A stretch of 64,000 nucleotides of DNA, taken from Trueperaceae bacterium. Its GTDB lineage: Bacteria > Deinococcota > Deinococci > Deinococcales > Trueperaceae. Location: NCBI GenBank assembly GCA_034520945.1, contig JAXHNB010000002.1, positions 352,001 through 416,000 of the forward strand, written 5' to 3'. Below are positions 20,487 through 32,321 of the stretch, piece after piece. The notes below the pieces were generated by a model, which was not told where the DNA came from, searched no databases, and worked only from the letters and a program-made list of their open reading frames with translations. Both the position numbers and the translations under genes were made by a program. The number at the start of each line of letters is the position of its first letter. The first letter of the stretch is position 1.

Positions 20487-21083
20487 ATGCGGCGTACCCT
20501 GTGGATGGTCCTCGGCGCGGTGGCGCTGGCCGGTGCGGGCCTGCTGGCCTTCCGGACGGGGGTGGCGCTGGCGCCCCCGCCGGAGCGCGTGGGCACGGTG
20601 CTGGACCAGCCCCAACCCACGGCCGACCTGGCGCTGCGCAGCACCGAGGGGCGCGTGGAGATGGGCGGGGTGGCCGCCCGGGCGGACTGGACGCTGGTGT
20701 TCTTCGGCTTCGTGGATTGTCCGGACGTGTGTCCGATGACCATGTCGCGCCTGGCCGACACCTACCGGGAGCTGGGGGAGCCGTCCGACCTTCAGGTCGT
20801 CATGGTGACGGTGGATCCGGAGCGGGACGACCCGGCGCGGCTGGAACGCTACGTCGACGGGTTCCACCCTTCGTTCATGGGGTTGGGCGGCAGCAGCGAG
20901 GACGTCGCGGCGGCCGCCGAGCGGTTCTTCATCGGCTACAACGGAACCGGCGAAGGGATCGCGCACACGGAGGCGGTGGCGCTGCTGGACGCCGAGGCAC
21001 GCCTCCGCGTGGTGTACACGCAGGGCAACCTGCACGGCCTGCAGCGCGACCTGTCGAGCCTATTGAACGGCGGGCGCCTCTGA
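20487..21083 (+). CDS. SCO family copper chaperone
   Basis: FGFVDCPDVCP, TVDPERD, conserved His. Confidence 0.93.
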   Translation: MRRTLWMVLGAVALAGAGLLAFRTGVALAPPPERVGTVLDQPQPTADLALRSTEGRVEMGGVAARADWTLVFFGFVDCPDVCPMTMSRLADTYRELGEPSDLQVVMVTVDPERDDPARLERYVDGFHPSFMGLGGSSEDVAAAAERFFIGYNGTGEGIAHTEAVALLDAEARLRVVYTQGNLHGLQRDLSSLLNGGRL

Positions 21084-21114
21084 CGCCCGCCGCCGCCGAC
21101 GTCGGTCGGCGGGT

Positions 21115-21375
21115 TCAGTTCATGTCGGCAAGAATGCCGTACAGGGTGCGGCGATCCTTGGCGTCGATCTCCAGGCGCGTACGGGGACCGTCGATCCGTA
21201 GGCGCTGTCCAGCGCGGCGGCGCGTGGTGTAGATCTCCACCGTCTCGTCGCCGATGCGTGCCAGCACGCGCCGGAAACTGGGGCGATCCTGGACGACGCG
21301 GTGCGCCATGGTGCGCAGCGCGTGCGCGTCGAAACCGTCGATTTCGGTGGTCAGGGGGCCGATGTGGACCGTCAT
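21115..21375 (-). CDS. Hypothetical protein (86 aa)
   Basis: GAGGTG RBS; coding-like composition. Confidence 0.65.
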   Translation of the reverse strand: MTVHIGPLTTEIDGFDAHALRTMAHRVVQDRPSFRRVLARIGDETVEIYTTRRRAGQRLRIDGPRTRLEIDAKDRRTLYGILADMN

Positions 21376-21633
21376 GATGGCTCACCTCGCAGGCGTGGAT
21401 TCCGGGGCGTGCGTGCGGCCCCCCGGTGGGCGCGAAGGGCATGGTAGACGCCCTCGGCCCACCGTGTGTCGCCGTCGATACGTGCAACGGGACATTCGCC
21501 AACGATCCGATGGCTATTTAGGGATATGGGCTTGGATCCATAGTCGAACGCACGTATTTCATTTCGATTCGGGAATCCTGAGCCGTTCGCGTCGGCGCGG
21601 GCGCCCGACGCTTGCCGCCATCCCCTGCGCGGG

Positions 21634-22913
21634 TCAGGGACCGTACACTTCGGCGCCGCCGACCCACGTCCGGACCGGCCATCCTCGAAGGGCCCACCCC
21701 TCCCACGGGCCGAAACGCGCTTTGGAGCGGAAGCGACGGCCCTCCACCGGACGCTCCGTGTCCAGGTCCAGCAGCACCACGTCCGCCGGCGCGCCGGCCT
21801 CCAGCCGCGGCGGCTCCAGGCCCAGCACGCGGGCCGGTCCGTCCTGCATCAGCGACAGCAGCGCCGGCAGCGTCAGGAGTTCGCCCTGCACCAATTCGGT
21901 GTACAGCAGTGGGAACGCGACTTCGAGGTTGGCGATGCCGAACGGGGCGTTCAGCAGGTCGCGGCGTTTCTCGTCCCGGGTGTGCGGCGCGTGATCGGTC
22001 CCGATGCAGTCGACGCCTCCCTCCTGCAGGGCTCGTCGGAGGTAGGCGACGTCGTCCGCGGTGCGGAGGGGCGGCGCGACCTTGAAGACGGGGTCGAACC
22101 CCTCGAGCCGGTCGTCGGCGAGGGTGAGGTGGTGCGGCGTGACCTCGCAGGTGACGGCGACGCCCCGTTCCTTGAAGTACGACACCACCTCCAGGGCGGC
22201 GCGGCAGGTCACGTGCGCGATGTGCACCCGCGCCCCGGTGAGGCGCGCGATCTCGCAGTCGCGGTAGACCATCGCCGCTTCGGCCGCGGTGGGATTGCCG
22301 GGCAGCCCCAACCGTTCGCTGACCGTCCCTTCGTTCATGACGCCGTCGCGGCGCAGGGTCGGGTCCTCGGAATGCGTCTGGACCACCAGGCCCAGGTCGC
22401 GCGCCCACTCGCAGGCGCGGCGCATCAGATCGCCGTCCACGACCGGTATGCCGTCGTCGGTCAACATCACCGCGCCCGCCTCCGCCAGGGCGGCCGCGTC
22501 GGTGAGGCGCGTCCCCGCCAGGCCCATCGACAGCGCGGCGGCCGGCCGCAGGCGGGCGCCGGGCAGCGCCTCCGCCCGGGCGAGGAGCGACCGAACCAGG
22601 CCCGGTTCGTCGACCGGCGGGTCGGTGTTGGCCATCGACACCACGGTGCCGTAGCCGCCGGCCGCGGCGGCGGCCAGCCCCGAGGCGAGGTCCTCCTTGA
22701 CCTCCTGGCCGGGATCGCGCAGGTGCACGTGCGGATCGATGAAGGCGCTCGTCAACGTCAGGCCCGTGGCGTCGACCTCGTGGTCTACGGGACCGGCCGG
22801 CTCCGACCCCTCGATGCGCCCGCCGAACAACACCAGGTCGCCGCGGTCTTCGCTGCCCTCCGGCGTCGCCCACGTCGCGCCCCGGATCCGCGTGCGCGTC
22901 TGCGTCTCCTGTT

Positions 22914-22917
<4 letters not shown>
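21634..22917 (-). CDS. pyrC: Dihydroorotase
   Basis: DPHVHLRDPG, MANT, EVTPHHL, TDHAPH. Confidence 0.95.
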
Positions 22918-24412
<1,495 letters not shown>

Positions 24413-24449
24413 CTAGGAGGGGTGGACGCCGCCCCCGCGAAGCGGCCAC

Positions 24450-24552
24450 GAAACGTGCCGCCCGGACGCGAAGGCGCCGGGCGGCACGGGACGGATCGCT
24501 CGGTGGGGTTCCACGTTCACTCCTTTCCGGTCTCACGGGACCGGATTAAAGG
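24450..24552 (-). promoter_or_regulatory. PyrR-binding attenuator leader
   Basis: CCTTTAA-TCCGGTCCCGTGAGACCGGA-AAGG binding stem-loop (24522-24552), then terminator hairpin 24454-24488 with TTTC. Confidence 0.88.
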
Positions 24553-24654
24553 CTGAGGGCAGCCTACCGCGCGGGACGCCCAACGGCAATGCGGGGTGCC
24601 CGTTTACGCCTCGTTAAGGCCGGTGCGGCACCATGGGGATCGAGGAGGTTCGAC

Positions 24655-25344
24655 ATGCAAACACAGAAAGCATCCCTGGCAACGAGGTTGACATCGGTGT
24701 TCGCGGCTTTGGTCGTGTCGGCGTGCGTGATGGGGGTCGCCTTGGCGCAGTCATCCCCGGGCGATCTGGTGAGCGTGCAGGTGCAGGACGACGATGGTCG
24801 CGTGATCGCGCGAGGGAGCGTGCACGACGGCCGTCTCGACGTCTCGGTCGCTCCGCGCCGCAGCGAGCTGGGCACGATCGAGGTCACGTTCACAAGCGGC
24901 GAGACCCGGTTGTACCAGACCGCGTTCACGTCGGACGGTGACATTTTGGTGTTCGGCAACGATTTCGACGACGACCTTGGGGCGTTCGCGGCCCGCTACG
25001 GCGTCGACAGCGTACGGATCGAGGTCGACGACGACTTCGACGAGGGCGACCCGAATGGGCGCGACCCGATCCGCGACGACGATGACGACGACATGGATGA
25101 CGACCGCGACGACGTCGACGATGATCGGGACGATCTCGACGACGATCGTGACGACATGGACGACGACCGGGACGACATGCGCGACGATATGGACGATGAT
25201 CGGGATGACCGGGACGATCTAGGCGACGATCGTGACGACATGGACGACGACCGGGACGATCGCGACGACGATGACGACGATGACGATGACGACGAAGATG
25301 ACGATGACGACGAAGATGACGACGACGATCGCGACGACGACTGA
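24655..25344 (+). CDS. Secreted protein with Asp-rich repetitive C-terminal tail
   Basis: GAGGAGG RBS, signal peptide ending ALA-Q, tail of DDDRDD[MVL] units. Confidence 0.85.
   Translation: MQTQKASLATRLTSVFAALVVSACVMGVALAQSSPGDLVSVQVQDDDGRVIARGSVHDGRLDVSVAPRRSELGTIEVTFTSGETRLYQTAFTSDGDILVFGNDFDDDLGAFAARYGVDSVRIEVDDDFDEGDPNGRDPIRDDDDDDMDDDRDDVDDDRDDLDDDRDDMDDDRDDMRDDMDDDRDDRDDLGDDRDDMDDDRDDRDDDDDDDDDDEDDDDDEDDDDDRDDD
25075..25341 (+). repeat. Coding tandem repeat (about 21-bp units, DDDRDDx) and poly-Asp
   Basis: GACGACGAYCGNGACGAY units seen directly. Confidence 0.9.
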
Positions 25345-25474
25345 TCGAGACGTCACCTAGCCGGCGCGGCAGCGCCCAGAGGAGGGGAGGGGTGGATCGG
25401 CGTGTGCCGGTCCGCCTCCCTATACGATGAACGAGATGCGTGCACGGCGTAGGGGATGTCGGCGCGACGTGCGC

Positions 25475-26180
25475 ATGGATGGGGTCCGGAGCGGCCTTCG
25501 GACCATCGTGGCCGTGTGCGTTCTCGGCATCGGGTTCGGCGGAGGTGGGTGGGCGCAACGCGGCCCGGGGCCCGCCACCGTGCCCGAGGGGAGCGAAGTG
25601 ATCGTGACCGACGTTGTGGGCGGGCGGCGAGGTGCGCATCCCGCCGACGGACGATGCGCCGCTGCCGTACCACGAGACGCCCACGCGCGTGCGGCACACG
25701 GACGGGGTGCCCTTCCTGGTGCTGGGTGGTCCATGGTGGCTGCCCAGCGGGCGTGAGGTGGGCACCGTTCGCCTGGGCGTGAACCTGTCGGGGGTCGCGG
25801 CAGCGAGGGCGACGTTGTGGCGCGTCCTGGTGGCCGTCGGGGCCGGCATCGCGTTGGTCGCGGGCGCCGTGACGTTGGGGTCGTTGCGGCGGGCGCTGGC
25901 GCCGCTGGAGCGATTGGTGCGCGAGGCCGAGGCGATCGATCCGGCGGACCCGCAGCGCATCGCCCTTCCAGGGGGCCGGACGCACGACGACGAGGTAGGC
26001 CGCCTGGCCCGCGTGCTGGACCGCGCCTTGGAAGGGATTCGGGCGCACCGGCGGCGCGAGCGTGACGCTTTGGCCGAGGTCGCCCACGAGCTGGCCGCGC
26101 CGTTGTCCGTGGTGGCCGCGCGGTTGGCGGCGCTCGAGGGCCGCGTGGACGATCCCGGCGTGCGCGCTGCGTATGCCGGG
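25475..26180 (+). pseudogene. Composite remnant: signal-peptide N-terminus plus TM-HAMP-HisKA fragment of a sensor kinase, no HATPase domain
   Basis: LAPLERL...DEVGRLARVLD (HAMP) and VAHELAAPL (H-box); frame change near 25620. Confidence 0.65.
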
Positions 26181-26510
26181 GCTGGCCAGCCGCTTCACGG
26201 CCGACCCGCATCCCTAGCGCCGCGCGCGCCTCACTCGTCACGATGGGGCACGGCGGGCCGAAGCAAGGCGCGAAGCTGGGCCGGCTGGGGGCCTCGCGTG
26301 CTAGCCTGGGCGCCAACGAACCGGCAACCGGCGTCCAGGGCTTGGGAGGTACCATGCGGCACACGTTGTCGGGGCATTCGGCCGGTCGCCACAGGGGCGG
26401 TCCTCGCGCCGATGCTCCCATTCGAACTTCGCGCTGGACGGTGGTCCGCATCGGTGCGGACGGCGGCTTCCGTGGCGGCGCCGCATGCGAAGGCTGACGA
26501 CCCCCCGCCC

Positions 26511-27545
26511 GTGAGCGATCAGGACGCCCCCCGCCCCCCCGAGGGCTACGACGTGCTTCATCGGTTGGGCTCGGGCCAAACCTCGAACGTCTACCTCGCG
26601 CGGCACGCGCGCTTTGGTTCCGTGGCCCTCAAGCTGCCCCGGCCGGAGCTCGATCACCGCCCCGTGCTGCGTCGCATGTTCGAGAACGAGGTGATGATCA
26701 CCTTGCGGTTGCAGCATCCGCGGGTGGTGCAGGGGCTCGAGGGGCACCCGACCGGCGACGGGGCGTTCCTCGCCTTGGAGTTGTGCGCGGGAGGCACGTT
26801 GGACCAACTGTTGCTGGAGCGTGGGCGTCTGCCCGCCTCCCGGGCGATCGCCTTGGTGATCGACGTCGCGGAGGGGCTCGCCTACACCCACGGCCGCAAG
26901 GTGCTGCACCGGGACGTGAAGCCCGCCAACGTGTTCCTGAGCGAGGAGGGGCGCGCCAAGCTGGGCGACTTCGGGACCGGCGTGTTCACGGCCGAGAACG
27001 GGACCGATCGTGTGGGCACGGCGTTCTACATGGCGCCGGAGATCTTCGAGGGCGCGGCGTCGTCGGTTCGAAGCGATGTGTACGGCCTGGGCGTACTGGC
27101 GTACGAGGTGGCGGTGGGGCAGCGCCCGTTCATGGGGGACAGCTACGACGCGTTGATGCACCAGCATCTCGGAGGGCTCCTGCGCGACCCCGCCAGCGTT
27201 CGGACCGATCTGGACGCGGGCGTGTCGCGGGTGATTCGAAAGGCCCTGGCGCGCCTGCCCGAGCGGCGTTACCCGGACGTCGACGCGTTCCTGGCCGACC
27301 TTCGCGCGGCCGTCGGGGTGCCCCCCGAGGACGCGACGGTTCAGGCGAGCCCGGCCGCCTCGGCGCCGATCGGGCGACGCGGCCGGGTGAGCACGCTTCC
27401 GTCCGCCTCCCAGGCGCCGGGCGCGGGCGGCGACGCCGAGGCGGAGGACGCCTCCGTCGACGCGGGCCCGTCGGATCGCGACGACGAAGAGCGGAGGGGC
27501 CGCGGGCTGTGGCACTGGCTCAAGGGGGGCGGCCGCAAGTCGTGA
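26511..27545 (+). CDS. Hanks-type Ser/Thr protein kinase
   Basis: LGSGQTSNVY, VALK, HRDVKPAN, DFG, APE, DVYGLG. Confidence 0.92.
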   Translation: MSDQDAPRPPEGYDVLHRLGSGQTSNVYLARHARFGSVALKLPRPELDHRPVLRRMFENEVMITLRLQHPRVVQGLEGHPTGDGAFLALELCAGGTLDQLLLERGRLPASRAIALVIDVAEGLAYTHGRKVLHRDVKPANVFLSEEGRAKLGDFGTGVFTAENGTDRVGTAFYMAPEIFEGAASSVRSDVYGLGVLAYEVAVGQRPFMGDSYDALMHQHLGGLLRDPASVRTDLDAGVSRVIRKALARLPERRYPDVDAFLADLRAAVGVPPEDATVQASPAASAPIGRRGRVSTLPSASQAPGAGGDAEAEDASVDAGPSDRDDEERRGRGLWHWLKGGGRKS

Positions 27546-27725
27546 GGCCGTGATGGACGCGGCTCCACGTCGGTCGGTCGCGTGGATCCCGACCTCCGCA
27601 CTACACATTTCCGCGGCCGGCCTGGTATCCTGTTTCTCGGAACGAATCCGAAGAACGACGGGGCGTCGTTGCTTCGGACCCGAACGACTTCCGAACCTTC
27701 GAATTCACGCGAACGAGGTGCTGTG

Positions 27726-28493
27726 ATGAGCGACAACCGGCTCGAGATTCGTGACCTGCACGCCCGCGTCGCCGGCGGCGAGGACATCCTGAACGGCGTC
27801 GACCTGATCGTGCCCCGCGGCGAGGTGCACGCCCTGATGGGCCAGAACGGCTCGGGCAAGTCGACCCTCGCCAAGGTGATCGCCGGCGATCCCGCCTACG
27901 AGGTCACCGCGGGCGACATTTTCGTGGACGGGCAGAGCGTGCTGGAGATGGAGCCGGACGAACGTGCGCGTGCGGGCCTGTACCTGGCGTTCCAGTACCC
28001 GGTCGAGGTGCCCGGCGTGTCGATCGCGAACTTCCTGCGCCTGGCGCTGAACGCCCGCCGCGAGGGGGAGGAAGAGATCGGCGTGATGGAGTTCTACGAG
28101 AAGCTGCAGCGCGCCGTGAAGGCGCTCGACTGGGACGAGTCGATCATCGAACGCAACCTCCACGAAGGGTTCTCGGGCGGCGAGAAGAAGCGCAGCGAGA
28201 TCCTGCAGCTGCTGGTGCTGGAGCCGCACTACGCGATCCTCGACGAGACCGACTCCGGTCTGGACGTCGACGCGCTCAAGACGGTGTCGAAGGGCGTCAA
28301 CGCGGCGCGCACGCCGGAGTTCGGCGCGCTCGTCATCACCCACTACCAGCGGTTGCTGAACTTCATCGTTCCCGACCGGGTGCACGTGATGGCCAACGGT
28401 CGCGTGATCACCAGCGGCGAGAAGGAGCTGGCCATGGATCTCGACACCAAGGGCTACGACTGGATCAAGGAACAGGTCGCCGCGACCGCCTGA
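27726..28493 (+). CDS. sufC: Fe-S assembly ATPase SufC
   Basis: GQNGSGKST, FSGGEKKR, LDETDSGLD. Confidence 0.97.
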   Translation: MSDNRLEIRDLHARVAGGEDILNGVDLIVPRGEVHALMGQNGSGKSTLAKVIAGDPAYEVTAGDIFVDGQSVLEMEPDERARAGLYLAFQYPVEVPGVSIANFLRLALNARREGEEEIGVMEFYEKLQRAVKALDWDESIIERNLHEGFSGGEKKRSEILQLLVLEPHYAILDETDSGLDVDALKTVSKGVNAARTPEFGALVITHYQRLLNFIVPDRVHVMANGRVITSGEKELAMDLDTKGYDWIKEQVAATA

Positions 28494-28596
28494 GCCGCGC
28501 GGACGGCCACGCGGCCTGGCCGCGTGCGCCGCGCGTCCGCGCATCAGGCCCGGCGGGCGCGCCCCGCCCACGCTTCGCGCCCCGAGGAGGGACGAC

Positions 28597-30030
28597 ATGG
28601 CAGACGCACCGATGCAGCACCCGGATGCCGACAAGCTGACCGGGATGCAGCACGAGAAGCAGTACGACTTTCAGATCCCCGAGAACTACTTCTACAAGAG
28701 CGAGAAGGGGCTGAACAAGCGCAGCATCGAGAAGATCAGCTACTTCAAGGGCGAGCCGCAGTGGATGCTGGACTTTCGCCTGCGCGCGCTCGAGATCGCC
28801 CACAAGAAGGGCCGCCCCAAGTGGGGTCCGGACCTCTCCGAGCTGGACTTCGACGAGATCTTCTTCTACATCCGTCCCAACGAGCAGCAGGGCACCACCA
28901 AGGATTGGGACGAGATCCCCGAGGAGGTGCGCGAGACCTACCGCCGGCTGGGGATCCCCGAGGCGGAGCAGAAGGTGCTGGCCGGCGTCGGCGCGCAGTA
29001 CGAGTCCGAGATGGTCTACCACAACCTCAAGGAGGAGTGGGAGAAGAAGGGCGTCGTCTTCCTGGACACCGACACCGGCATGAAGGAGTACCCGGAGATC
29101 TTCCGGGAGCACTTCTCGACGGTGATCCCGCCCGAAGACAACTACTTTGCGGCGGTGAACAGCGCCGTGTGGTCGGGCGGTTCCTTCGTGTACGTCCCCG
29201 CGGGGGTCGAAATCGATGTTCCGCTGCAGGCGTACTTCTTGCTCAACGCCGAGAACATCGGCCAGTTCGAACGGACGTTGATCATCGCCGAGCCCGGCGC
29301 CAAGCTGCACTACATCGAGGGGTGCACCGCGCCGAGCTACAAGACCAGCAGCTTCCACTCCGGCGTGATCGAGATCATCGCCAAGGAGCGCAGCAACGTT
29401 CGCTACTCCACCATCCAGAACTGGTCGCACAACGTGTTCAACCTGGTGACGCAGCGCGCCATGGTGCACGAAGGCGCCAGCATGGGGTGGCTGGACGGCA
29501 ACCTCGGCTCGAAGACCACCATGAAGTACCCCAGCTGCTACCTGCTGGGCGAGGGCGCGCACGGCGAGGTGCTCTCGATCGCCTTCGCCGGGAACGGCCA
29601 GCACCAGGACGCCGGCGCCAAGATGATTCACGCCGCGCCGCGCACCAGCAGCTCGATCGTGTCCAAGTCGATCTCGAAGGGGACGGGCCGCAGCAGCTAC
29701 CGCGGGCTGGTGCAGATTCACGAGGGCGCCACGCACGCCAAGTCCAACGTCGAGTGCGACGCGCTGCTGTTGGACGACACCGCCAGGACCGACACCTGGC
29801 CCTACATCGAGATCGGCGAGAAGACCGCGCACATCGGCCACGAAGCAACGGTGTCGAAGCTGAACGACGAGCAGATCTTCTACCTGCAGTCGCGCGGCCT
29901 GTCGGCAGAGGAGGCGATGGCGCTCATCGTCCGCGGCTTCCTGGAGCCGGTCGCGAAGGAGCTCCCCCTCGAGTACGCCGTCGAGCTGAACCGCCTGATC
30001 GAGCTGGAGATGGAAGGGAGCGTGGGCTGA
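28597..30030 (+). CDS. sufB: Fe-S assembly protein SufB
   Basis: GQFERTLI, YIEGCTAP, TMKYPS, EYAVELNRLI. Confidence 0.97.
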   Translation: MADAPMQHPDADKLTGMQHEKQYDFQIPENYFYKSEKGLNKRSIEKISYFKGEPQWMLDFRLRALEIAHKKGRPKWGPDLSELDFDEIFFYIRPNEQQGTTKDWDEIPEEVRETYRRLGIPEAEQKVLAGVGAQYESEMVYHNLKEEWEKKGVVFLDTDTGMKEYPEIFREHFSTVIPPEDNYFAAVNSAVWSGGSFVYVPAGVEIDVPLQAYFLLNAENIGQFERTLIIAEPGAKLHYIEGCTAPSYKTSSFHSGVIEIIAKERSNVRYSTIQNWSHNVFNLVTQRAMVHEGASMGWLDGNLGSKTTMKYPSCYLLGEGAHGEVLSIAFAGNGQHQDAGAKMIHAAPRTSSSIVSKSISKGTGRSSYRGLVQIHEGATHAKSNVECDALLLDDTARTDTWPYIEIGEKTAHIGHEATVSKLNDEQIFYLQSRGLSAEEAMALIVRGFLEPVAKELPLEYAVELNRLIELEMEGSVG

Positions 30031-31353
30031 GTGTCGACGCTGGTCGACAATCCCGCGCTCGACGCGGACGCGCTCGAGGCGCTGATCGCGCGCCACGACG
30101 AACCGGACTGGCTGGCCGAAGAGCGTAGGGCGGCGTTCCGCACCTTCGAGAAGACGCCGTGGCCCACGTCGCGTGACGAGAACTGGCGCTTCACCGACCT
30201 GCCGCGCTTCGCGGTCGACGGCCTGACGTTCGGCGAGGGACCGCGCGACGCGGCGGTGTCCGACCGCATCCACATGCGCATGACCGACTCCGACGCCGAG
30301 GGCATCCTGGTGCACAAGAACGGCGAGGTGGTCGAGCGGCGCAGTGAGCTGCGCGAGCACGGCGTGATCTTCACCGACCTGCGCACCGCCGTGCGCGAGC
30401 ACGAGGAGCTCGTGCGCGAACACCTCTACACCGTGGTGGACGCCAAGGCCGGCAAGTACCACGCCCTGAACGCCGCGTTCTGGCAGAACGGCACCTTCGT
30501 GTACGTGCCGCGCGGCGTCGAGGTCGAACTGCCGCTCGGCGCGTTCGTCACCGCGGACCGCGGCGGCCTCTCAGCCGGGCGTACGCTGGTGGTGGTCGAG
30601 GACAACGCCAAACTCACCTACCTCGACGAGTACACCAGCGACCCGTTCGACGAGCGGCTGTTCCACTCTGCGGCCAGCGAGCTGGTGCTGGGGCCCGGCG
30701 CCAAGGTGCGCCACCTCAGCCTGCAGAACTGGGGCCGCAACGTCGCGCACATGAACAAGCAGCGCGCCCACCTGGCGCGCGACGCGCGCCTGGAGTCGCT
30801 CAGCGTCAGCCTGGGCGCCGACGCGGCCCGCGCCGAGGTCGAGTCGAAGCTGGAAGGCCCCGGCGGCGAGAGCGAGATGCTGGGCCTCTACTTCGGCGAC
30901 AAGGGCCAGCACTACAACCAGTACACGATTCAGCACCACGCCGCCGATCACGCCTTCAGCGACCTGCTGTTCAAGGGCGCGCTGCGCGACGGCAGCACCG
31001 CCGCCTACTCGGGCGTGATCATCGTGGACGAGGGCGCGCAGAAGACCGACGCCTACCAGACGAACCGGAACCTGCTGCTGGACTCCGACAGCGAGGCGGT
31101 CAGCATCCCGCAGCTCGAGATCGGCGCCAACGACGTCAAGTGCTCGCACGGCTCCACCACCGGCCCCGTTCCGGAGGACCAGCGCTTCTACCTGATGAGT
31201 CGCGGCATGCCGCCCGAGGTGGCCGAGCACCTGCTGGTGACCGGCTTTTTGTACGAGGTGATGAGTCGCGTCACCCTGCCCAAGGTCGCCGCGTACGTCG
31301 AGCGGGTGGTGCAGGCCAAGTTGGGCGTGCCCGGCGTGAAGGAGAAGTTGTGA
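30031..31353 (+). CDS. sufD: Fe-S assembly protein SufD
   Basis: ENWRFTD, PQLEI, DVKCSHG, FYLMSRG. Confidence 0.95.
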   Translation: MSTLVDNPALDADALEALIARHDEPDWLAEERRAAFRTFEKTPWPTSRDENWRFTDLPRFAVDGLTFGEGPRDAAVSDRIHMRMTDSDAEGILVHKNGEVVERRSELREHGVIFTDLRTAVREHEELVREHLYTVVDAKAGKYHALNAAFWQNGTFVYVPRGVEVELPLGAFVTADRGGLSAGRTLVVVEDNAKLTYLDEYTSDPFDERLFHSAASELVLGPGAKVRHLSLQNWGRNVAHMNKQRAHLARDARLESLSVSLGADAARAEVESKLEGPGGESEMLGLYFGDKGQHYNQYTIQHHAADHAFSDLLFKGALRDGSTAAYSGVIIVDEGAQKTDAYQTNRNLLLDSDSEAVSIPQLEIGANDVKCSHGSTTGPVPEDQRFYLMSRGMPPEVAEHLLVTGFLYEVMSRVTLPKVAAYVERVVQAKLGVPGVKEKL

Positions 31354-31679
31354 GCCCAGCCACGCCCGAGACGCGGCACGCCGTCGGCTCGGTCGACGAC
31401 TTCCCCGAGGAGGGCATCACCCCGGTCACGGTCGAGGGACGCGAGGTGGTGGTGGTGCGGCACGAGGGTCGCTTCTACGCCCTGCCGGACCGCTGCACGC
31501 ACCAGAAGTACCCGCTGCACGACGGCGAGGTGCTGCCGGGCAAGATCAAGTGCATCCACCACGGCGCCACCTTCGACCTGAACACCGGCAAGCCCACCAT
31601 GCCGGCCGTCAAGAAGATCGAGCTGTTCGACGCCGAGGTCGAGGACGGCACCGTCTACGTGCGGGTGCAGAGCCGCTGA
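31350..31679 (+). CDS. Rieske [2Fe-2S] ferredoxin
   Basis: CTH...CIHHGATFD. Confidence 0.92.
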   Translation: MSPATPETRHAVGSVDDFPEEGITPVTVEGREVVVVRHEGRFYALPDRCTHQKYPLHDGEVLPGKIKCIHHGATFDLNTGKPTMPAVKKIELFDAEVEDGTVYVRVQSR

Positions 31680-31703
31680 GCGCAGGCGCGACGACGTGAT
31701 GCG

Positions 31704-31732
31704 AGGGCCCGCCGTCAGGCGGGCCCTTCTTC
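31704..31732 (+). terminator. suf operon terminator
   Basis: AGGGCCCGCC-GTCA-GGCGGGCCCT followed by TCTTC. Confidence 0.75.
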
Positions 31733-31738
31733 GGTTCG

Positions 31739-32254
31739 TCAGGGCGGGGTTCCCACGTCGGCATCTTCCGCTGGGCCGACCCGCACCAGCACGCTCACGC
31801 GCGCCTGCACGTGGTCGGGCGCCAGCCCCTCGCTGGTCTTGAACGCCACGTTCACCTCGGCCGGGGCGAGGTCCAGGCACGCCGCGACGCTGTCACGAAG
31901 CGCGTCACGGTAGGGCGCCAGCGCGGGCCGGTCCAGGGTGATCACGGCGGCGACGTTCACGACCCGCAGCGGCCCGCAGGTGTCGCGCAGATGGGCGCGC
32001 ACGCGCGCCAGCAGTTCACGGCCGTCCAGGCCGCGGTGGGCGGGGTCGCTGGGCGGGAAGTGAAGCCCGATGTCGCCCGCGCTCGCGGCGGCCAGCAGGG
32101 CGTCGGCCAGCGCGTGCAGCAGGGCGTCGCCGTCGCTGTGCGCCACGGCGCCGCGCGGTGCCTCCTCGATCGCCACGCCGCCCAAGCGCAGCGGCCGGTC
32201 GGCCGCGAGGGCGTGCGCGTCCTCGCCGAACCCGATGCGGAGCGACTCGTCCAT
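31739..32254 (-). CDS. ispF: 2-C-methyl-D-erythritol 2,4-cyclodiphosphate synthase
   Basis: [28 protein letters not shown]. Confidence 0.95.
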   Translation of the reverse strand: MDESLRIGFGEDAHALAADRPLRLGGVAIEEAPRGAVAHSDGDALLHALADALLAAASAGDIGLHFPPSDPAHRGLDGRELLARVRAHLRDTCGPLRVVNVAAVITLDRPALAPYRDALRDSVAACLDLAPAEVNVAFKTSEGLAPDHVQARVSVLVRVGPAEDADVGTPP

Positions 32255-32321
32255 CGACGCGCATGGTACCGCCGCGGGGCCGGCCCGGTTCGCGCGGGGC
32301 GGGCATGGCATGATGGCGCGC

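Noticed and set aside
21480..21580. AT-richer intergenic patch downstream of pyrC
   Set aside because: No clear ORF, repeat or stable structure; probably promoter DNA
25075..25341. Repeat array as a possible CRISPR
   Set aside because: In-frame Asp/Arg codon repeats with no unique spacers and no cas genes
27726..31679. suf operon without sufS/sufU
   Set aside because: sufCBD plus Rieske with sufS elsewhere is an ordinary arrangement
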